Both the position numbers and the translations under genes were made by a program. A stretch of DNA of 64,000 nucleotides from an uncultured Gemmatimonadales bacterium (GTDB lineage: Bacteria > Gemmatimonadota > Gemmatimonadetes > Gemmatimonadales > GWC2-71-9), in assembly GCA_963748815.1 (NCBI GenBank), contig CAVVKJ010000010.1, forward strand, positions 704,001-768,000, written 5' to 3'. Shown here piece after piece: positions 63,458 through 64,000 of this stretch. Below the pieces are notes generated by a model that saw nothing but the letters and a program-made list of their open reading frames with translations, was not told where the DNA came from and made no database searches. Within the stretch, counting starts at the first letter, position 1, and each line of letters opens with the position of its first letter.

Positions 63458-64000
63458 TCAGATCAGATCCACCGTGACGACCGTGCCGCGGCCCTCCTCG
63501 CTCTCGACCTGCACCGCCCCTCCCCATCCCTCGACCAGCCGCTTCACGATGGCCAGCCCCAACCCCGAGCCGCTGGTCGTCGTCGAGAATCGCGGCTCGA
63601 AGATTCGCGGCAGCAACGCCTCGGGGATCCCCTCGCCGTCGTCGTGCACCTCCATTCGCTGCGGCAGGACCCGCACCACGATATGCCCCGCCCCGGCCTG
63701 CCGCGCGTTCTCAAGGAGGTTGACGAGGACTTCTTTCACCTCGTCCGCCCGTGCCCGTCCCCACGCCGCCGGATCGGACTCGAGGACGACCTCCGTCCCC
63801 TCCCCCGCCAGCCGGTAGAGGTGCACCACCTCGTTGGCCACCGGGGCCAGCCGCATGTGGTCCGGCGCGATCGTCGGCCCGGCGGGCGCGGCAAACCGGC
63901 TGAAGGCCCTCGCGATGGTGTCGAGCCGCTCGATCTCGGCGAGAATGCGTTCCGCCGTCTCGTCGAGCGCCTGCCCGAGCGCCTCGGGCCGTTCCCGTCG
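63458..64000 (-). CDS. Sensor histidine kinase, C-terminal part (5'-partial)
   Basis: EIERLDTIARAFSRFA, NLLENA, DDGEG, FEPRFSTTTSGSGLGL. Confidence 0.9.
   Translation of the reverse strand, partial: RRERPEALGQALDETAERILAEIERLDTIARAFSRFAAPAGPTIAPDHMRLAPVANEVVHLYRLAGEGTEVVLESDPAAWGRARADEVKEVLVNLLENARQAGAGHIVVRVLPQRMEVHDDGEGIPEALLPRIFEPRFSTTTSGSGLGLAIVKRLVEGWGGAVQVESEEGRGTVVTVDLI

Overview
High-GC (roughly 70%) bacterial chromosomal window. Gene content and order (prs-rplY-pth-hppA, rpsF-rpsR-DUF2232-rplI, smc-aroF-lolA, rpmE-prfA-prmC-ylbF-tmk-ctpA, a PadR/ADOP pair, a short Bacteroidota-like sigma-70) suggest Gemmatimonadota; this is inferred, not searched. About 50 CDSs are present, mostly housekeeping and envelope genes. 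I saw no rRNA, tRNA, CRISPR array or mobile element. Five or six genes carry single-base indels, mostly in short homopolymers, which are most likely long-read consensus errors. Most interesting observations: (1) a candidate metal-sensing leader/arrest-peptide system at 45413-48535: a Cys/His-rich membrane-anchored ORF ending in a non-canonical TAPP motif, a C-rich putative Rho-loading spacer, a His-plug TonB-dependent receptor and a His-containing lipoprotein. (2) A Tat-exported PCYCGC-like Cys-rich protein followed by three tandem DUF2911-like paralogs with conserved HxxH and divergent C-termini. (3) A gluzincin + TolB-like propeller + Omp85-barrel fusion. (4) Repeated leaderless-promoter signatures, including a 29-bp bidirectional larE/arfB promoter. 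(5) A CRP box overlapping the crp stop codon upstream of an MBL-fold hydrolase.
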